From positions 1 through 62,429 of the IMG/VR virus record IMGVR_UViG_3300023174_000005: a stretch of 62,429 nucleotides of DNA. One strand, 5' to 3'. Positions 34,701-45,800 of the stretch are shown here, piece after piece. The translations under genes and the position numbers were made by a program. This stretch comes from a virus (lineage: Duplodnaviria; Caudoviricetes). The notes under the pieces were generated by a model. That model saw only the letters and a program-made list of their open reading frames with translations. It was not told the origin of the DNA and did not search any database. The stretch's first letter is position 1. The number at the start of each line of letters is the position of its first letter.

Positions 34701-35389
34701 TGCAACTCATACCAATTCGCAAGAAGTACGTCTATCCAAAACTGGTTCGCATTGACTCTGAAGCAGGGCGCACCTACACGTTGGAAGGGCAGCCGGCCGT
34801 GCCAAGCGTGACAACAATCCTGTCCGGCACAAAAGATAAATCACACCTCGATGCGTGGGCCGCAAGGGTTGGTCAGGATGAAGCGGAGAAGATCAGAAAT
34901 GATGCTGCTAATGTGGGAACGCACATGCACAGTGTTGTGGAACGTTTGCTGCTGAACAGGCCGCTGGAGACCCCGCGCACGTGGCTCGCGGTCAAAGGCT
35001 ATTGGATGGGTTACAAGCTGATTGAAACGTTCATGCCGCATGTGAATGAAGTGTGGGGCACCGAGATACCGCTGTACTACCCAGAGAAGTATGCCGGCAC
35101 GTCAGACTGCATTGGTGTGTACAAAGATCACTCTGCAATTATTGACTTCAAGCAGACCAACAAGATGAAGCAGCGCAAATGGATTGAGGACTACTTTGTG
35201 CAGCTTGCCGCGTATGCCTTGGCGCACGATGTATCGCATGGAACCAAGATTGAGCAAGGGGTGATCATGATGGTTGCTCAGAACGGCGAAACGCAGGAGT
35301 TTGTGACCTGTGGCCGTGAGTTTGACAACTACAAGGACATGTGGATGCGCAGGGTTGAGAGCTTCATAAAAAATAGCCCCGAAGCGTGA
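34688..35389 (+). CDS. PD-(D/E)XK exonuclease
   Basis: PSVTTIL, GTxMH, YAGTxD, IIDFK, QLAAYA. Confidence 0.88.
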   Translation: MDQMMQLIPIRKKYVYPKLVRIDSEAGRTYTLEGQPAVPSVTTILSGTKDKSHLDAWAARVGQDEAEKIRNDAANVGTHMHSVVERLLLNRPLETPRTWLAVKGYWMGYKLIETFMPHVNEVWGTEIPLYYPEKYAGTSDCIGVYKDHSAIIDFKQTNKMKQRKWIEDYFVQLAAYALAHDVSHGTKIEQGVIMMVAQNGETQEFVTCGREFDNYKDMWMRRVESFIKNSPEA

Positions 35390-35400
35390 GCCTCGGGGCT
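35368..35400. terminator. Terminator between convergent operons
   Basis: AGCCCCGA/TCGGGGCT stem with adjacent A-run. Confidence 0.6.
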
Positions 35401-35436
35401 TAAGTCCAACTCAGGCAATCTGCGACTAGCGCGATG

Positions 35437-35595
35437 TTATTTTGCCCGCGCTGCGCGCATGTTGTCAACTAGATTTGGGTAGGGTCTACCCGCTTTTTTT
35501 GCAGCAGCCTTGGCAGATGCTTTCTTAGCGGGGGTCAATGCTTTTGGTTTACCAAGACCTTTTGGCCTTGCCTTATCCCAGACTTCTTTTTTCAT
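35437..35595 (-). CDS. 52-aa basic protein (MKKEVWDKARPK...AGRPYPNLVDNMRAARAK); not in the ORF track
   Basis: Hand-translated; ATGA overlap with the ferritin-like gene. Confidence 0.75.
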   Translation of the reverse strand: MKKEVWDKARPKGLGKPKALTPAKKASAKAAAKKAGRPYPNLVDNMRAARAK

Positions 35596-35963
35596 TTCAA
35601 GTGCCTCAATTTGTAAAGGGTGCTTAGGTACGTTGCAAGTGCATCGTCAATCAGATTTTGAATGGTTGTGTCCTTTTTGTCCACAGCCCCATAACGCAAC
35701 TCTTCAATATCATCCATTTGCTTTTCCAAGCATTTAATGATGTCATCTTCCTCATCGTACTTAAGATACGGAATCTCAATCAAGCCGTGGCGGCCTTGGT
35801 AGGCTTCGGTGATGGTGTCACCGTGATCACCCACAGCAGGATAAAACTCACCTAAAGCACTGTGCTTGGCAAAGCTGCCTGTGCCTGTAGCGGCCAAGTG
35901 CGCACGATGAGCCACTTCGCGGCTCAAGAACAGCGTGCCAACTAGTTGTCCAATTAAATTCAT
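35592..35963 (-). CDS. Ferritin/Dps-like protein (DUF5856-like)
   Basis: AHxxH...SFAKHxALxxFY...D...EAYQG four-helix pattern. Confidence 0.75.
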   Translation of the reverse strand: MNLIGQLVGTLFLSREVAHRAHLAATGTGSFAKHSALGEFYPAVGDHGDTITEAYQGRHGLIEIPYLKYDEEDDIIKCLEKQMDDIEELRYGAVDKKDTTIQNLIDDALATYLSTLYKLRHLK

Positions 35964-35975
35964 GTCGTAACTCCG

Positions 35976-38900
35976 TTATCGCTGTTGGCCCTGCATCTGG
36001 GCTTGGCGTTGCTGCAGCAATCCACTAATCGGGTCATTCGGGAACATCATAGGATACATCAGTTGTGTACTGCCCGGTTGTTTAGGAGCGCCCATGGGGA
36101 TGCGAGAATTAAAGTCTGTTCCACGTGTGGGCGGAGCAGGCGGCAGGGCCCGCAACATCTGCTGTGCAGAAGTTTTTGGCACAACTGGAAGGTTTTGCAT
36201 GTCCCCTACAGGAGACTGTCTGCCCTCCAATGTTGCTTGTGTAGCTTCTTGCATCAAACCACCACGCGCCACATCGCCCATGTACTGAGACATAGTGATG
36301 CCAATTTTTTGCAATTCTGCTGCTGCTTTTTCTGCCTCTGCTTTTGAGCCAACATTTGTCAAAGCTTTGGCCGCTTCAGGACTTTCTAGCGCACGCGTCA
36401 TCATGCGGGCATACACATCCTTTTCCAAACTTCCTGCCATCCTCAAACCAAGCGCCAAAGCGCCCGTAGTGGGGTTAATCCGGCCTACAGCGGCTTCGCG
36501 CAGCGTGGTGGTACCAAACTGAATACCGAAGCCTAAATAACGCTTTAAAGCCGCATCTGTTGATTCAAAGAGGGGCATTGTTCCCGTGACGTCGGAGAAA
36601 GCAAATACACGGCGTTGCAGTTCAGACAGTTTCTTTAAATCCTCTAAATGTCCAGCGTCCTTAAAAAGCACCTTCAATGCTTTTTCGTTAGTATCAATAA
36701 ACGACTTAAGTGATCCGCCTTTTTCTGAAGCGCCTTGTGCAATGTCAAATACCGAACGGCGCAGTGCGGACAACATTTCTGGGTCTTTTTCCACGCCCCG
36801 CACCAGTGTTTGCATGGTGGCTGGGTCCCTCATTGCTAATGCCAACGTTTGTGCAGGATCAGCCCCGGGCCGTGTAGCTTTGGCCAATAGATTGTCTAAC
36901 TCTGAATCGGTTGCAGCAACGCGGCGTTTATCTATTTCTCCTAAACGGCGAACATAATCATCGGCAAACTTGACTTCGTCTTGCAGTTTCATCTGCACAC
37001 TGGCAGGAAGTGCTTCAACGATGTTTTTGTTCTTATCCAGCACTTGACGGATTTTCTTAGGATCAACCATGCCTTCAGGGGTAAGAACATTTTTTCCACG
37101 AATCCAGTCAATTGCACCGCGTTCAATAATGGAAGCAGTCTGGGGGTTGTTGCCCAATGTGGTTTGAAGTTGACGTAAGTTCTCAGCAGTTTTAAATGCT
37201 GTCTTCATCAAGTCTTCGTTAGGCAGCAAAAAGTCACGGCCACCTGCACGTTTAGATGTCAACAACAAAGGCAAGCGCTGCTCAAACCCTGCGTTGTAAT
37301 CGTCCAACATCATCTTCATGGCATCGTATTCTTGACGTGCCTTAGGGATGGACTTGAGGACAAGGTCTTCAACATCCTTAAACCCTGCGTTACCACGATC
37401 TAGCAGTAGCTGCGCATCCGAGATACGCACGCCACGGTTTTCCATTTGAGTGCTGTTAAAACTATTTACAGCATCATGGCGCGCACGTTGTGCTGCTGCC
37501 AACAAATCTAAAGCCTCTGGCAGATTTAAATCTAACACAGAGCTGTTTTGCGCAATTAATTGAGAATCGAGTTTGATTTGCTCAGGATTAATGTAAACAG
37601 GCTTTCCGTAAATGCCAGTTGCTACAGGTATTTCGTTTTTGCCAACTTCTAATTTAAGTAAATTAGTTTGACGTTGTGCTTCTTGCATTAACTTTGCGCT
37701 TTTAGCAGACGAAGGCTCCACTAATAGACGAACGTTTTCTATAAGTTTGGCATATATGTCTTCTGGTATATCCCTGCCGCCGAGCTGCTCGTCAACACGT
37801 TGCCTGATTACAGAGTCAAAAGCAGTGTCAAGTGCTTCTTTACGTTTTTGATCGGTAGCCTTGACCATGTTTGCCAAAATACGGATAGGCTCGGGCACCG
37901 GGCCGCCTAGCGTTTTTGTGGCACGTGCAGGGTAGTACTTGTTCACCAAAGAACGGGCGGCATCTTCAATATTAAACGCTGGATACTGCGGCAAAGATTT
38001 GCCGGCGTTAGGGCCGTCACGGAAACGAGTGTCCGCTAACGTGCCGTCTGGGTTTGTTGCACGCTTCATGCCAAGGCGAGACATGATCTTTTGGCGCATG
38101 CCAAAGTCTGCTTCCATGTCAGCCATCAACACACCACGCAACTCGTTGTTGAGTTGGTCAATGTTCTGCGGTCCGAGGCGCTGGGATAGTTCTGCAAGCT
38201 CCCCTTCTGTCAAATCTTTTTTGCTCAACACCAAATCGTCAAAAAACTTCTGCCGCTCTGCTTGCGCTGCACGGAAAGCTTCTTGAACGGGCAGGCGTGC
38301 CTCAGGAGACATGTTTTCAAACAACTTTTGAAACGCTGAAATATTTTTGTTTTCGCGTTCTATATGTGAAGCTGCAGCTTTAGGATCAAGCTGGCTTAAA
38401 TTCTCCCGCTGCTTAGCAAGCATGGCAGGGTCCATGGTTTCTTCAACAATGTTGAATTTAAAACCGGCTTGTGCAACGCGAGGGTCTTCTAGCGTTTGCC
38501 TAAGTGCTGCCAATGCTTGCTGTGTTTCAGGAGCGTCTAATGAGCCAAATGCTTTTGTCAGCTTTTCCTCAGCCTTGTTCATTACATTTTTAGTGTAAAG
38601 ATTTACAAAAGGCCATTTATAAGGACCCGGAAGCGTGTCATATATTTCTTTTTGAACGTCCCCAAGTGCAGGGCCCCCCACTTTTCCTGCGGCCCATTTT
38701 GCTGCACGTACTGAGGGCATTACGGAGACCGCAGCAGGGATACCCATAAAAGCTGCAGCAGGAAGAAGTTCTTCATACAGCTTTTTATTGGGGTTGCTGT
38801 CGTCTACCGATTCCTTAACCGCTTGACGAAGTCCTTCGTAGCCTGCACCAAACGCGACATCAAGAGCGACAGCCGCTGTTGGATTTTTTTGAGCGAATTT

Positions 38901-39371
38901 AATAGCATCATCTGCAATTCCTTTAAGTATTCCTTTGGCAGGTCCTGCCGCAGAGATAAGAGGTCGGGCAGCAGCAACTGCTGCTATGTAGCCTGTAAAA
39001 GGCAATCCCCCTCCTGCGCCTTCGCCAAGGGCTCGGGCAAAACGCTCTTCGATATTCTGAGGAGCACGTTCTGTTCTTCCGCCTAACTTCTCAGGCAAAG
39101 ATTTGTTAAAAAGACGGGAGAATTGAAAAACTTCATCTTCTCCCATGCCCAGTTGTTTGCCAATGGCGCGCTGTGCGGCATCGGGCAGGGAAAACATGGC
39201 GGTTTGAACACCCCATGTCAGTTGATTGAGTTTGTCAAAAGCGTTGGATGGAATTTCTGGGCCGCCCGGAGCGCGCGGTTGGCGCTCGGTGGGAGCGCCC
39301 TCGGCACGACCAACAACTTCCCCAGTGCTTAGATCAACCATCTCCCCACGAGCGTTCTCCAGTATAGGCAT
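35976..39371 (-). CDS. Large internal virion (ejection) protein, putative
   Basis: 1131 aa helical; last of four large genes after the tail genes, as in podovirus ejection clusters. Confidence 0.65.
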   Translation of the reverse strand: MPILENARGEMVDLSTGEVVGRAEGAPTERQPRAPGGPEIPSNAFDKLNQLTWGVQTAMFSLPDAAQRAIGKQLGMGEDEVFQFSRLFNKSLPEKLGGRTERAPQNIEERFARALGEGAGGGLPFTGYIAAVAAARPLISAAGPAKGILKGIADDAIKFAQKNPTAAVALDVAFGAGYEGLRQAVKESVDDSNPNKKLYEELLPAAAFMGIPAAVSVMPSVRAAKWAAGKVGGPALGDVQKEIYDTLPGPYKWPFVNLYTKNVMNKAEEKLTKAFGSLDAPETQQALAALRQTLEDPRVAQAGFKFNIVEETMDPAMLAKQRENLSQLDPKAAASHIERENKNISAFQKLFENMSPEARLPVQEAFRAAQAERQKFFDDLVLSKKDLTEGELAELSQRLGPQNIDQLNNELRGVLMADMEADFGMRQKIMSRLGMKRATNPDGTLADTRFRDGPNAGKSLPQYPAFNIEDAARSLVNKYYPARATKTLGGPVPEPIRILANMVKATDQKRKEALDTAFDSVIRQRVDEQLGGRDIPEDIYAKLIENVRLLVEPSSAKSAKLMQEAQRQTNLLKLEVGKNEIPVATGIYGKPVYINPEQIKLDSQLIAQNSSVLDLNLPEALDLLAAAQRARHDAVNSFNSTQMENRGVRISDAQLLLDRGNAGFKDVEDLVLKSIPKARQEYDAMKMMLDDYNAGFEQRLPLLLTSKRAGGRDFLLPNEDLMKTAFKTAENLRQLQTTLGNNPQTASIIERGAIDWIRGKNVLTPEGMVDPKKIRQVLDKNKNIVEALPASVQMKLQDEVKFADDYVRRLGEIDKRRVAATDSELDNLLAKATRPGADPAQTLALAMRDPATMQTLVRGVEKDPEMLSALRRSVFDIAQGASEKGGSLKSFIDTNEKALKVLFKDAGHLEDLKKLSELQRRVFAFSDVTGTMPLFESTDAALKRYLGFGIQFGTTTLREAAVGRINPTTGALALGLRMAGSLEKDVYARMMTRALESPEAAKALTNVGSKAEAEKAAAELQKIGITMSQYMGDVARGGLMQEATQATLEGRQSPVGDMQNLPVVPKTSAQQMLRALPPAPPTRGTDFNSRIPMGAPKQPGSTQLMYPMMFPNDPISGLLQQRQAQMQGQQR

Positions 39372-39373
39372 TG

Positions 39374-41740
39374 TTATTCCTTTATTAATGAACGCAATTT
39401 AGCAGGGGTAAAAGGCTGAAGGACATTGTCAGGGGTTCTTAAAAACACTACGGCTTTCGGATCCTGTACTGTGCCTACAGTTTTTGCAAGGAAGTTATAC
39501 ATCCGATTAGCTTCTGCTGGATCGCTGCTGATCACAAATGGACTGTTCTTAGTTCCTAGCGCAGGAGCTTTCATTACCCGCTCTGTGCCATCATACCCGG
39601 CCTCAGTGATGTACACGTGTCGATCATTTAAAAGGCTTGTTCTAAGTGACTGGAACTCTTGCAACATGACTTCAGGATCTGAGAAAAATTTTGCAGAAAG
39701 CGTGGGCAATATGTCGCGCGCCCACTGCTGTGTCTGCACTGATTCTCTGCCGCCGCCACCGCCTTCGCTGGCCAACTGCTTGCTCAAATTACTCAATACC
39801 TTATCGATACGTGCTTTTTTGTCTGCTGTTTCCAATGAAGGGCTCAACGGTGTTACAGGAACAATCAACTTGTTATAGGTGTCCTTGAAGAAAGAAGTTG
39901 GACCGTAGATGCCTGCAATATCATCCAGAACACTATCAATTGCAGATAATGAACGATCTATTCGTTGGATGCCTTTCAACACATCAGGTAACGCATCCTT
40001 GTCCACCACCATGGTTGGCGCAGGGCCGCGTTCCGTGACATATGGGTTAGTCGCCTCATTGAGATTAAAACGGCTATTGCGCACTGCTCTAACCGTTGGG
40101 CTGTCCTCATTAAGCTTCATGCCCAAGTAATTGCCTTTCTTGTCCTCAAGAACAAGGCGTCCACCGCCGCCATCCTTTTGAATGACTTGTCCATTTTCAA
40201 GATCGCTCTTGAGAATCAACTCTTTTGCCCTGTTCATGGCTTTGTTGTTATCAACAGTCAACTGTTGGATGTACTTGTCTTCTTCCTGAACAGTGGAGAA
40301 GGCCTGTGACAGAGCCGCAGTCTTGATCTTAAGTTCGCGGTCCTTGGCCTGTGCATTAAGCGCCATGAGGCCTCTGGGAATTCCCGCAGAAGCTTCTCCA
40401 ACAGCCATTGCAAAGGTAGGCTGACGGCTAGATGCTAATTTAAAGCCGGCATCCGCCAACAACAATAATGCGTTGGTCTTGATGTCTTCTTTGTTGTCGC
40501 CCAAGATTTCTTGGAACAACGGAGACATGTTTTCATATTCCGCTCTAGTCCGCTCAGCACGGGTCTTTTGTTTGACGCTTCCTTTAAGTTCACGCTCATT
40601 AAACAGTTTCATCTTTTGGTCAATGAAAGTGCCTAACGGATCAGTATCAACTTTGGCAGGCGCGGCTAATTGGCGCTCATCAATTGCTGCTTGCTCTGCT
40701 TCTGTTGTAGCAGCCGGTGCTACAGGAGGCGGTGTCGCTTGTTGAGTACGAGAAGGCGAAGGCATCTGATCAATTGCCGCCAGTTGTGCCATCTTGTCAT
40801 TGTAAGAAGCCACTTGTTCAGGAGTCATGTTCTCGTTAGACGAACCTTTCATGAAAGGCAACGCCATCAACGATCCTGCGCCAAGGCCTAAAGCAGGAGA
40901 CATGCGGGACAAAGCTTCTGCCACGCGTGGGTATTCCCGCGCTGCACCTTGTATGCCCGTCCTCAAGCCTTCAGTAAACGTAGGACTCATCAAAGGACCC
41001 ATCGTTGTGTAGGGCGCAAGCCTTGTACCAACGCCTTCAACAATCGTACCGGCAGGCCCTTGGACCAAGGTCTCTCGTCCTTGCACAGACAAAGGCATAG
41101 GAGGGCTACCGCCCGTAACGCGCTGAACCGTAGGCTGAGCGCGCATCATCAAATTGCCCATGTATTGATTTACAGCAGGCCCGTATTGGGCTGCTTTGTC
41201 ACCCATGAACTGAGCAGCACGTGTGAATGGCGTAATAAATGCACCTGCAGCCGCCGTTATTGGAGGCATGCCATCAGGAGTGGGCGGAGCCTGCTCAGCC
41301 CCGCCCTGTGGAAAAGGGCCAGCGCCCTCCATTCCGGGGGGCATTCCTTCTGGTGGCATACCGCCTTGTGGAGGCATCATTGGAGGGGGAGCCATTTGTT
41401 GGCCCTGTGGCAGCGCACCGATACCGCCTTGAGGAGCAGCCAGTTGTGCCTGCAACAAAGCAAGAACTTCTGGTGGTGTTTCCATGGCGGCTTCTTCGCC
41501 AACCATTTGAGCTAACTCTTGCACACGTGCATTGGTAGAACGCATGTCACCGCGCAGTGTGTTCATCAAGATTTCAGGATTTTGAGGCGTGCGCGCCATC
41601 TGAGGCATATCGCTTTCGGGCTCCTCGGGCATTTCGTCTTCAGACATCTCGTCTTCAAACCCAGCCATGATGCCGCTGTTACGTGACTCTTTTGACAGAG
41701 GCATCGCAAACATGGCGCGCTTCAAAATCTCATTCTTCAT
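39374..41740 (-). CDS. Internal virion (ejection) protein, putative
   Basis: 788 aa; ILKRAMF start, Pro/Met/Gly-rich segment. Confidence 0.6.
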   Translation of the reverse strand: MKNEILKRAMFAMPLSKESRNSGIMAGFEDEMSEDEMPEEPESDMPQMARTPQNPEILMNTLRGDMRSTNARVQELAQMVGEEAAMETPPEVLALLQAQLAAPQGGIGALPQGQQMAPPPMMPPQGGMPPEGMPPGMEGAGPFPQGGAEQAPPTPDGMPPITAAAGAFITPFTRAAQFMGDKAAQYGPAVNQYMGNLMMRAQPTVQRVTGGSPPMPLSVQGRETLVQGPAGTIVEGVGTRLAPYTTMGPLMSPTFTEGLRTGIQGAAREYPRVAEALSRMSPALGLGAGSLMALPFMKGSSNENMTPEQVASYNDKMAQLAAIDQMPSPSRTQQATPPPVAPAATTEAEQAAIDERQLAAPAKVDTDPLGTFIDQKMKLFNERELKGSVKQKTRAERTRAEYENMSPLFQEILGDNKEDIKTNALLLLADAGFKLASSRQPTFAMAVGEASAGIPRGLMALNAQAKDRELKIKTAALSQAFSTVQEEDKYIQQLTVDNNKAMNRAKELILKSDLENGQVIQKDGGGGRLVLEDKKGNYLGMKLNEDSPTVRAVRNSRFNLNEATNPYVTERGPAPTMVVDKDALPDVLKGIQRIDRSLSAIDSVLDDIAGIYGPTSFFKDTYNKLIVPVTPLSPSLETADKKARIDKVLSNLSKQLASEGGGGGRESVQTQQWARDILPTLSAKFFSDPEVMLQEFQSLRTSLLNDRHVYITEAGYDGTERVMKAPALGTKNSPFVISSDPAEANRMYNFLAKTVGTVQDPKAVVFLRTPDNVLQPFTPAKLRSLIKE

Positions 41741-41749
41741 GATGTGTCC

Positions 41750-42859
41750 TTAAAACAGTCCACCAGCGGTTTTTGCTGCCGCTGCTGTAGACAAAATACC
41801 TGTGCCTAAACCAGCGATTTGCTGGAATGGGCTTGGAGTGGGGGCAGCGGCAGTTGTAACGCCCATCTGAGTAGAAGGAGCGCCTTTGTAAATGTCGGAC
41901 AAGAAGCCCAACTGCTGATAAGGCTGCATGTTCTGCTGCAACTGATTTTGACGCTGCGCATCCAATTCGCCCTGTGTCTGCTTTTGCTGCATTGCACCCA
42001 AGTTGTACAAGAAATTGACGTCCTGTTGGCCCATACCCTGTGCTGATTGACCCAATGCTGCAGCCTGTGTGCCCAAATTGCCCTGTTGCATGCCCAACGC
42101 GCCAAGACCCTGAGCCATCTGAGCACCCACACCAAATTGTCCCGCGGCCAGAGAGCCAATCCCTTGACCAATATTGCCTAGTTGGTTGTACCCAGCCATC
42201 TGGTTTTGCTGTTGCTGCTGTGCAGTAGACAACGCTTGACCATAACCTTGTTGCATTGCATTGGCAATTGCTTGGTTCTGTGTCTGAGCTAAATTGCGGC
42301 CCAACTCAGCACGCTGAATACCCTCACGGGTACCACCAAAAGCACCTGCTTTTGTAGCCTGTGCTTGCAAACCTTGACCCTGAATCTGCGCTTGACGATT
42401 CATTTCGTCTAACTGCTGCTGCAGCGCAATATTCATGTACGGGTTCATGTACTGGGCAATCTGTGCTTGCCCAATAGGTTGTGCCGCGCCTAAAGTCCCT
42501 TGAGCCGCGAGCCCTGCTAAACCCTGCGCTGCACCAAACTGATTGCGGGTGTCCGCACCACGTAAAACATCAACAGCCGCACCGGTGGTCTGTTGACCAC
42601 CAACTAGCTGCCGAGCAGCATTTGATAGATACGGCTGGTATGCACCAATGCCTGCTTCCCCACCGCGGATAGCGTCCATCTGATTTTGGGTCATGCCCGC
42701 AATCTGATAGTTTGGAGTCAGGAAATTACCCTGCTGAGCAGCAAGGTTGGTTGCGTCTACTTGAGCCTTGGCGCTTTGTAATAGCGCCAGCTTTTGGGCT
42801 TCAATCTCCGGGGCTTCCCGGACTATTTGTTCTTGGGTAGAAATTGATGCGTCTGCCAT
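41750..42859 (-). CDS. Gln/Gly/Ala-rich DNA pilot/ejection protein, putative
   Basis: YMNPY...AGAFGGTR, amphipathic C-terminus. Confidence 0.65.
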   Translation of the reverse strand: MADASISTQEQIVREAPEIEAQKLALLQSAKAQVDATNLAAQQGNFLTPNYQIAGMTQNQMDAIRGGEAGIGAYQPYLSNAARQLVGGQQTTGAAVDVLRGADTRNQFGAAQGLAGLAAQGTLGAAQPIGQAQIAQYMNPYMNIALQQQLDEMNRQAQIQGQGLQAQATKAGAFGGTREGIQRAELGRNLAQTQNQAIANAMQQGYGQALSTAQQQQQNQMAGYNQLGNIGQGIGSLAAGQFGVGAQMAQGLGALGMQQGNLGTQAAALGQSAQGMGQQDVNFLYNLGAMQQKQTQGELDAQRQNQLQQNMQPYQQLGFLSDIYKGAPSTQMGVTTAAAPTPSPFQQIAGLGTGILSTAAAAKTAGGLF

Positions 42860-42862
42860 GAA

Positions 42863-45800
42863 TTAACCTCGTGCTGCGTTTTGTTCAAGTTGATGCATTA
42901 ACGCATACATGCGTTTTGCGCCTGCGCGTCTGTCGCCTTTGCCAGCGCCGCGAACGGCTTTGGCAGTCATTACGAATTCGCCGTCAGACAGCATTGCAGG
43001 GATTGAATCAGAGGTCGCGGTCCCCGGGCCATCAATTTGACCAGTCTTCCTAGGATAACCGCCCTGAGCCAATCCTGCAATACCACCCATGTTCATTAAT
43101 TTAACTCCGGGGGCCTGATTCGCAAAAGGCGAGTAAGCATCGGTATAGCCTGTGACACCATAAGTACTAGGTTGGCCGGCAAGAACACTTAAAGGTGTCC
43201 CTGCGTTACCCATTTGTAGATTAGGCATGCGTTGTTGAATATCCGTTCTGTTAAACGAAACGTTTGGCAACGTTGCTGCAGCAGGCGTTACAGGAAGCAC
43301 CGGTGTAACAGGCGTTGCTGTACGGGTGCTGAACTCGCCCAAAGGACCAGTAGGTGACATCAACTGTGTAATGCCTCCCGTGTTGTTGAAGGGCTGCGTA
43401 ACTGTTGTCGTAGGTGCAGTAGCGCCCAAAATACCTGCATTTTTAGCCGCATAGTAACGGTTTTGAATCTCTGGAACGCCTGCGTTTATGGCATACGCAA
43501 CTTGGCGGGGATCGTATCCTTGTTTATCCATGAATTGCTGCATCGTTGCATCAGAGGCACTTGGACCTGCTGCTTGCAGATCGCCTTGAATGGCACGAGA
43601 TGTAGCATCTGTTGGAAGGCCGGCAGGACGTAGTGTGGACGAAGGGACAGTAACGCCCGCAGTGCCTTGAGCAAAGGTCTGTGGGTTGATGAACCAAGGG
43701 GCAGAGATGGACGTTAGTGTCCCCGTCCCTGTGCTGGTACTAGTTGAGGTACTGGTTGAAGTTCTACTTGAAGTGTTTGTATTTGTTGTTCTAATAATAC
43801 TCGTATTGGTGCTTACGCTTATGCCCGTACCCGTACCGGTGCCCGTTCCTGTACTAGTGTTGGTATTGGTGCTGTTTGCAGCATTGACCGCGGCAATCCG
43901 GCGGTTAAAATCAGCCAAATTGGCAGTGGTACCAGTAACCCGTGCAATATCATTGATATTCCATTTATTGGCATTCATTGCCGCCACAATTTGCGCATCT
44001 GTCAAATTGGTATTGTTAGCAAAATAATTCCAAATGGCTTGGTCTGCAGCAGTACGACCAGTATTTGTTACACCGGTTTCCCCTGTAGCTGTATTAATGA
44101 CCTGTGATCCACCCTCAATATCTTGAATACTTACTGGGCCTGTAACAGTGCTTGTTGTTGTGCCTCCAATTTGAGGCATTGAAGTGCTGGTTTCACCAGT
44201 AACTTGATTAATCCATTGGGTTCCTGCGTCAGTTCCTGTCTCGGTCCACGGTGCAGCAGTCTGATAACGGCTTGCAATGTCTGCAGCAGTCTGTGCATTT
44301 GCACCAATAGAACGAGCAAATTGCTCAGGCGTGACTTGAAACTGATCCATTAGGTCAGCAATATAAACGTCCGAGTAGCCTTTGTTGCTATTATCTTTCC
44401 ACCACTGCGCAACATCCGCATCAGAAACGCCACCATCAGCAAAATGTTGTACTTCACCACCTGTGGCCATACCGGGCGGTTTCATCACAGAACCGCTGTA
44501 ATATTGAACACCGGGTAAACCCTGAATGTAGAAGCGGCTAGGGTCTTTTTTCAAGAGATCTTGTGCTGATCCGGGACCGCCCATCAAAGTTTTACGCATG
44601 CTGGACTCGGGCACTTTAGAGGGGCTGAAGCCACCAAAAGCACCAATTGCGCCAATACCTAAAGCCGTGGCAGGGGCGTAAGAACGCATGAAACCGGGGC
44701 CTTCTGTATTAGCGGCTTTTAAAGCATCCGCATAGGTCATTTTCCCTGTGGGATCTGCAGCCAAAAGTGCTTGGGCACGTTCACTAATTTGTCCAGATGT
44801 TGGGCCGGGGCTGAGTATTTCCCCTGCGCCTTGTGTAAACTGTTTAAATCCTGTGGAAAAATCACCTTCTGTTCCGGGAAGCATTTGCATGATGCCTTTG
44901 CCCGTAGTAGACAAAGACTCTCCTAAGGTAGGAGTGCCATAAGGATTTGTTGGAGTAACCGCTGTGGTTTGAATAGCAGGCGCAATTGTGTTCCCGGTTG
45001 CAGCAGTAGTGGCACTGGCAGAAGGCGCGGCAAACGAGTCGGGCATCATGCTTCTGTCAAACTGCACCGCAGGATTGCTGCCAAATGATACTGTACCGGG
45101 AGCCCCGGCCCCTGCACCCGTCACAGGGGAAAAGTCAGGGTTAGCCATGGGTACAGGACTACCAAAACTAGCTACTTTTGGTATTTGTGGATTACCAAAA
45201 GAAGCATCGACAGGCGGCGCTCCTAGTGGGTTATTGACCATAGCAGCTTCGCGCCCACCAAACGTTGAAACCTTATCTGTTATTAAACTTGGTGATTGTG
45301 TTGGTGCCAATCCAGTAGTTTGGCCGCTAGGCGTGATGCTTGGTGGCTGGATACCGGAAGCAGTAGGGGAAATAAAATTGCTGAACTTGTCCAACTGACC
45401 TTGGAAGGCTTGCCCAGCCGTTAGTTCTGTTGCCCCTGTAAGAGGAGCACCAGAGAATCCGGCAACAGCCCCTGCCGTTAAACCACCAATTGCACCGGCT
45501 TTTAAAGCATCTTTTAAATTACCCCCGCCAACCAATGTGGCACCCGCCGAACCCACAAAGCCGGAAATAGCCAAACCGGCCGCCGTTCCCGCGCCCACTC
45601 CCATTGCAGCCGCTGCAGCAGGACCTAAGAAGAAACCAAGCGCCACCGTGGTGACAATACGGCCCACGGTGCTGTTTGCAAAGCTCTTAACAGCATTACC
45701 CACCGCCTTAAAGGCATTGCCGATTTCTTTAAACAAGTTAAAGAACTCTGGCAGTCCTGTCTTGGGATTAATCGTGCCGCTACCGCCCTTGCGACGCAGC

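Noticed and set aside
34688-35389. Cas4 as part of a CRISPR system
   Set aside because: Lacks the four-Cys cluster and there is no array; ordinary phage PD-(D/E)XK nuclease
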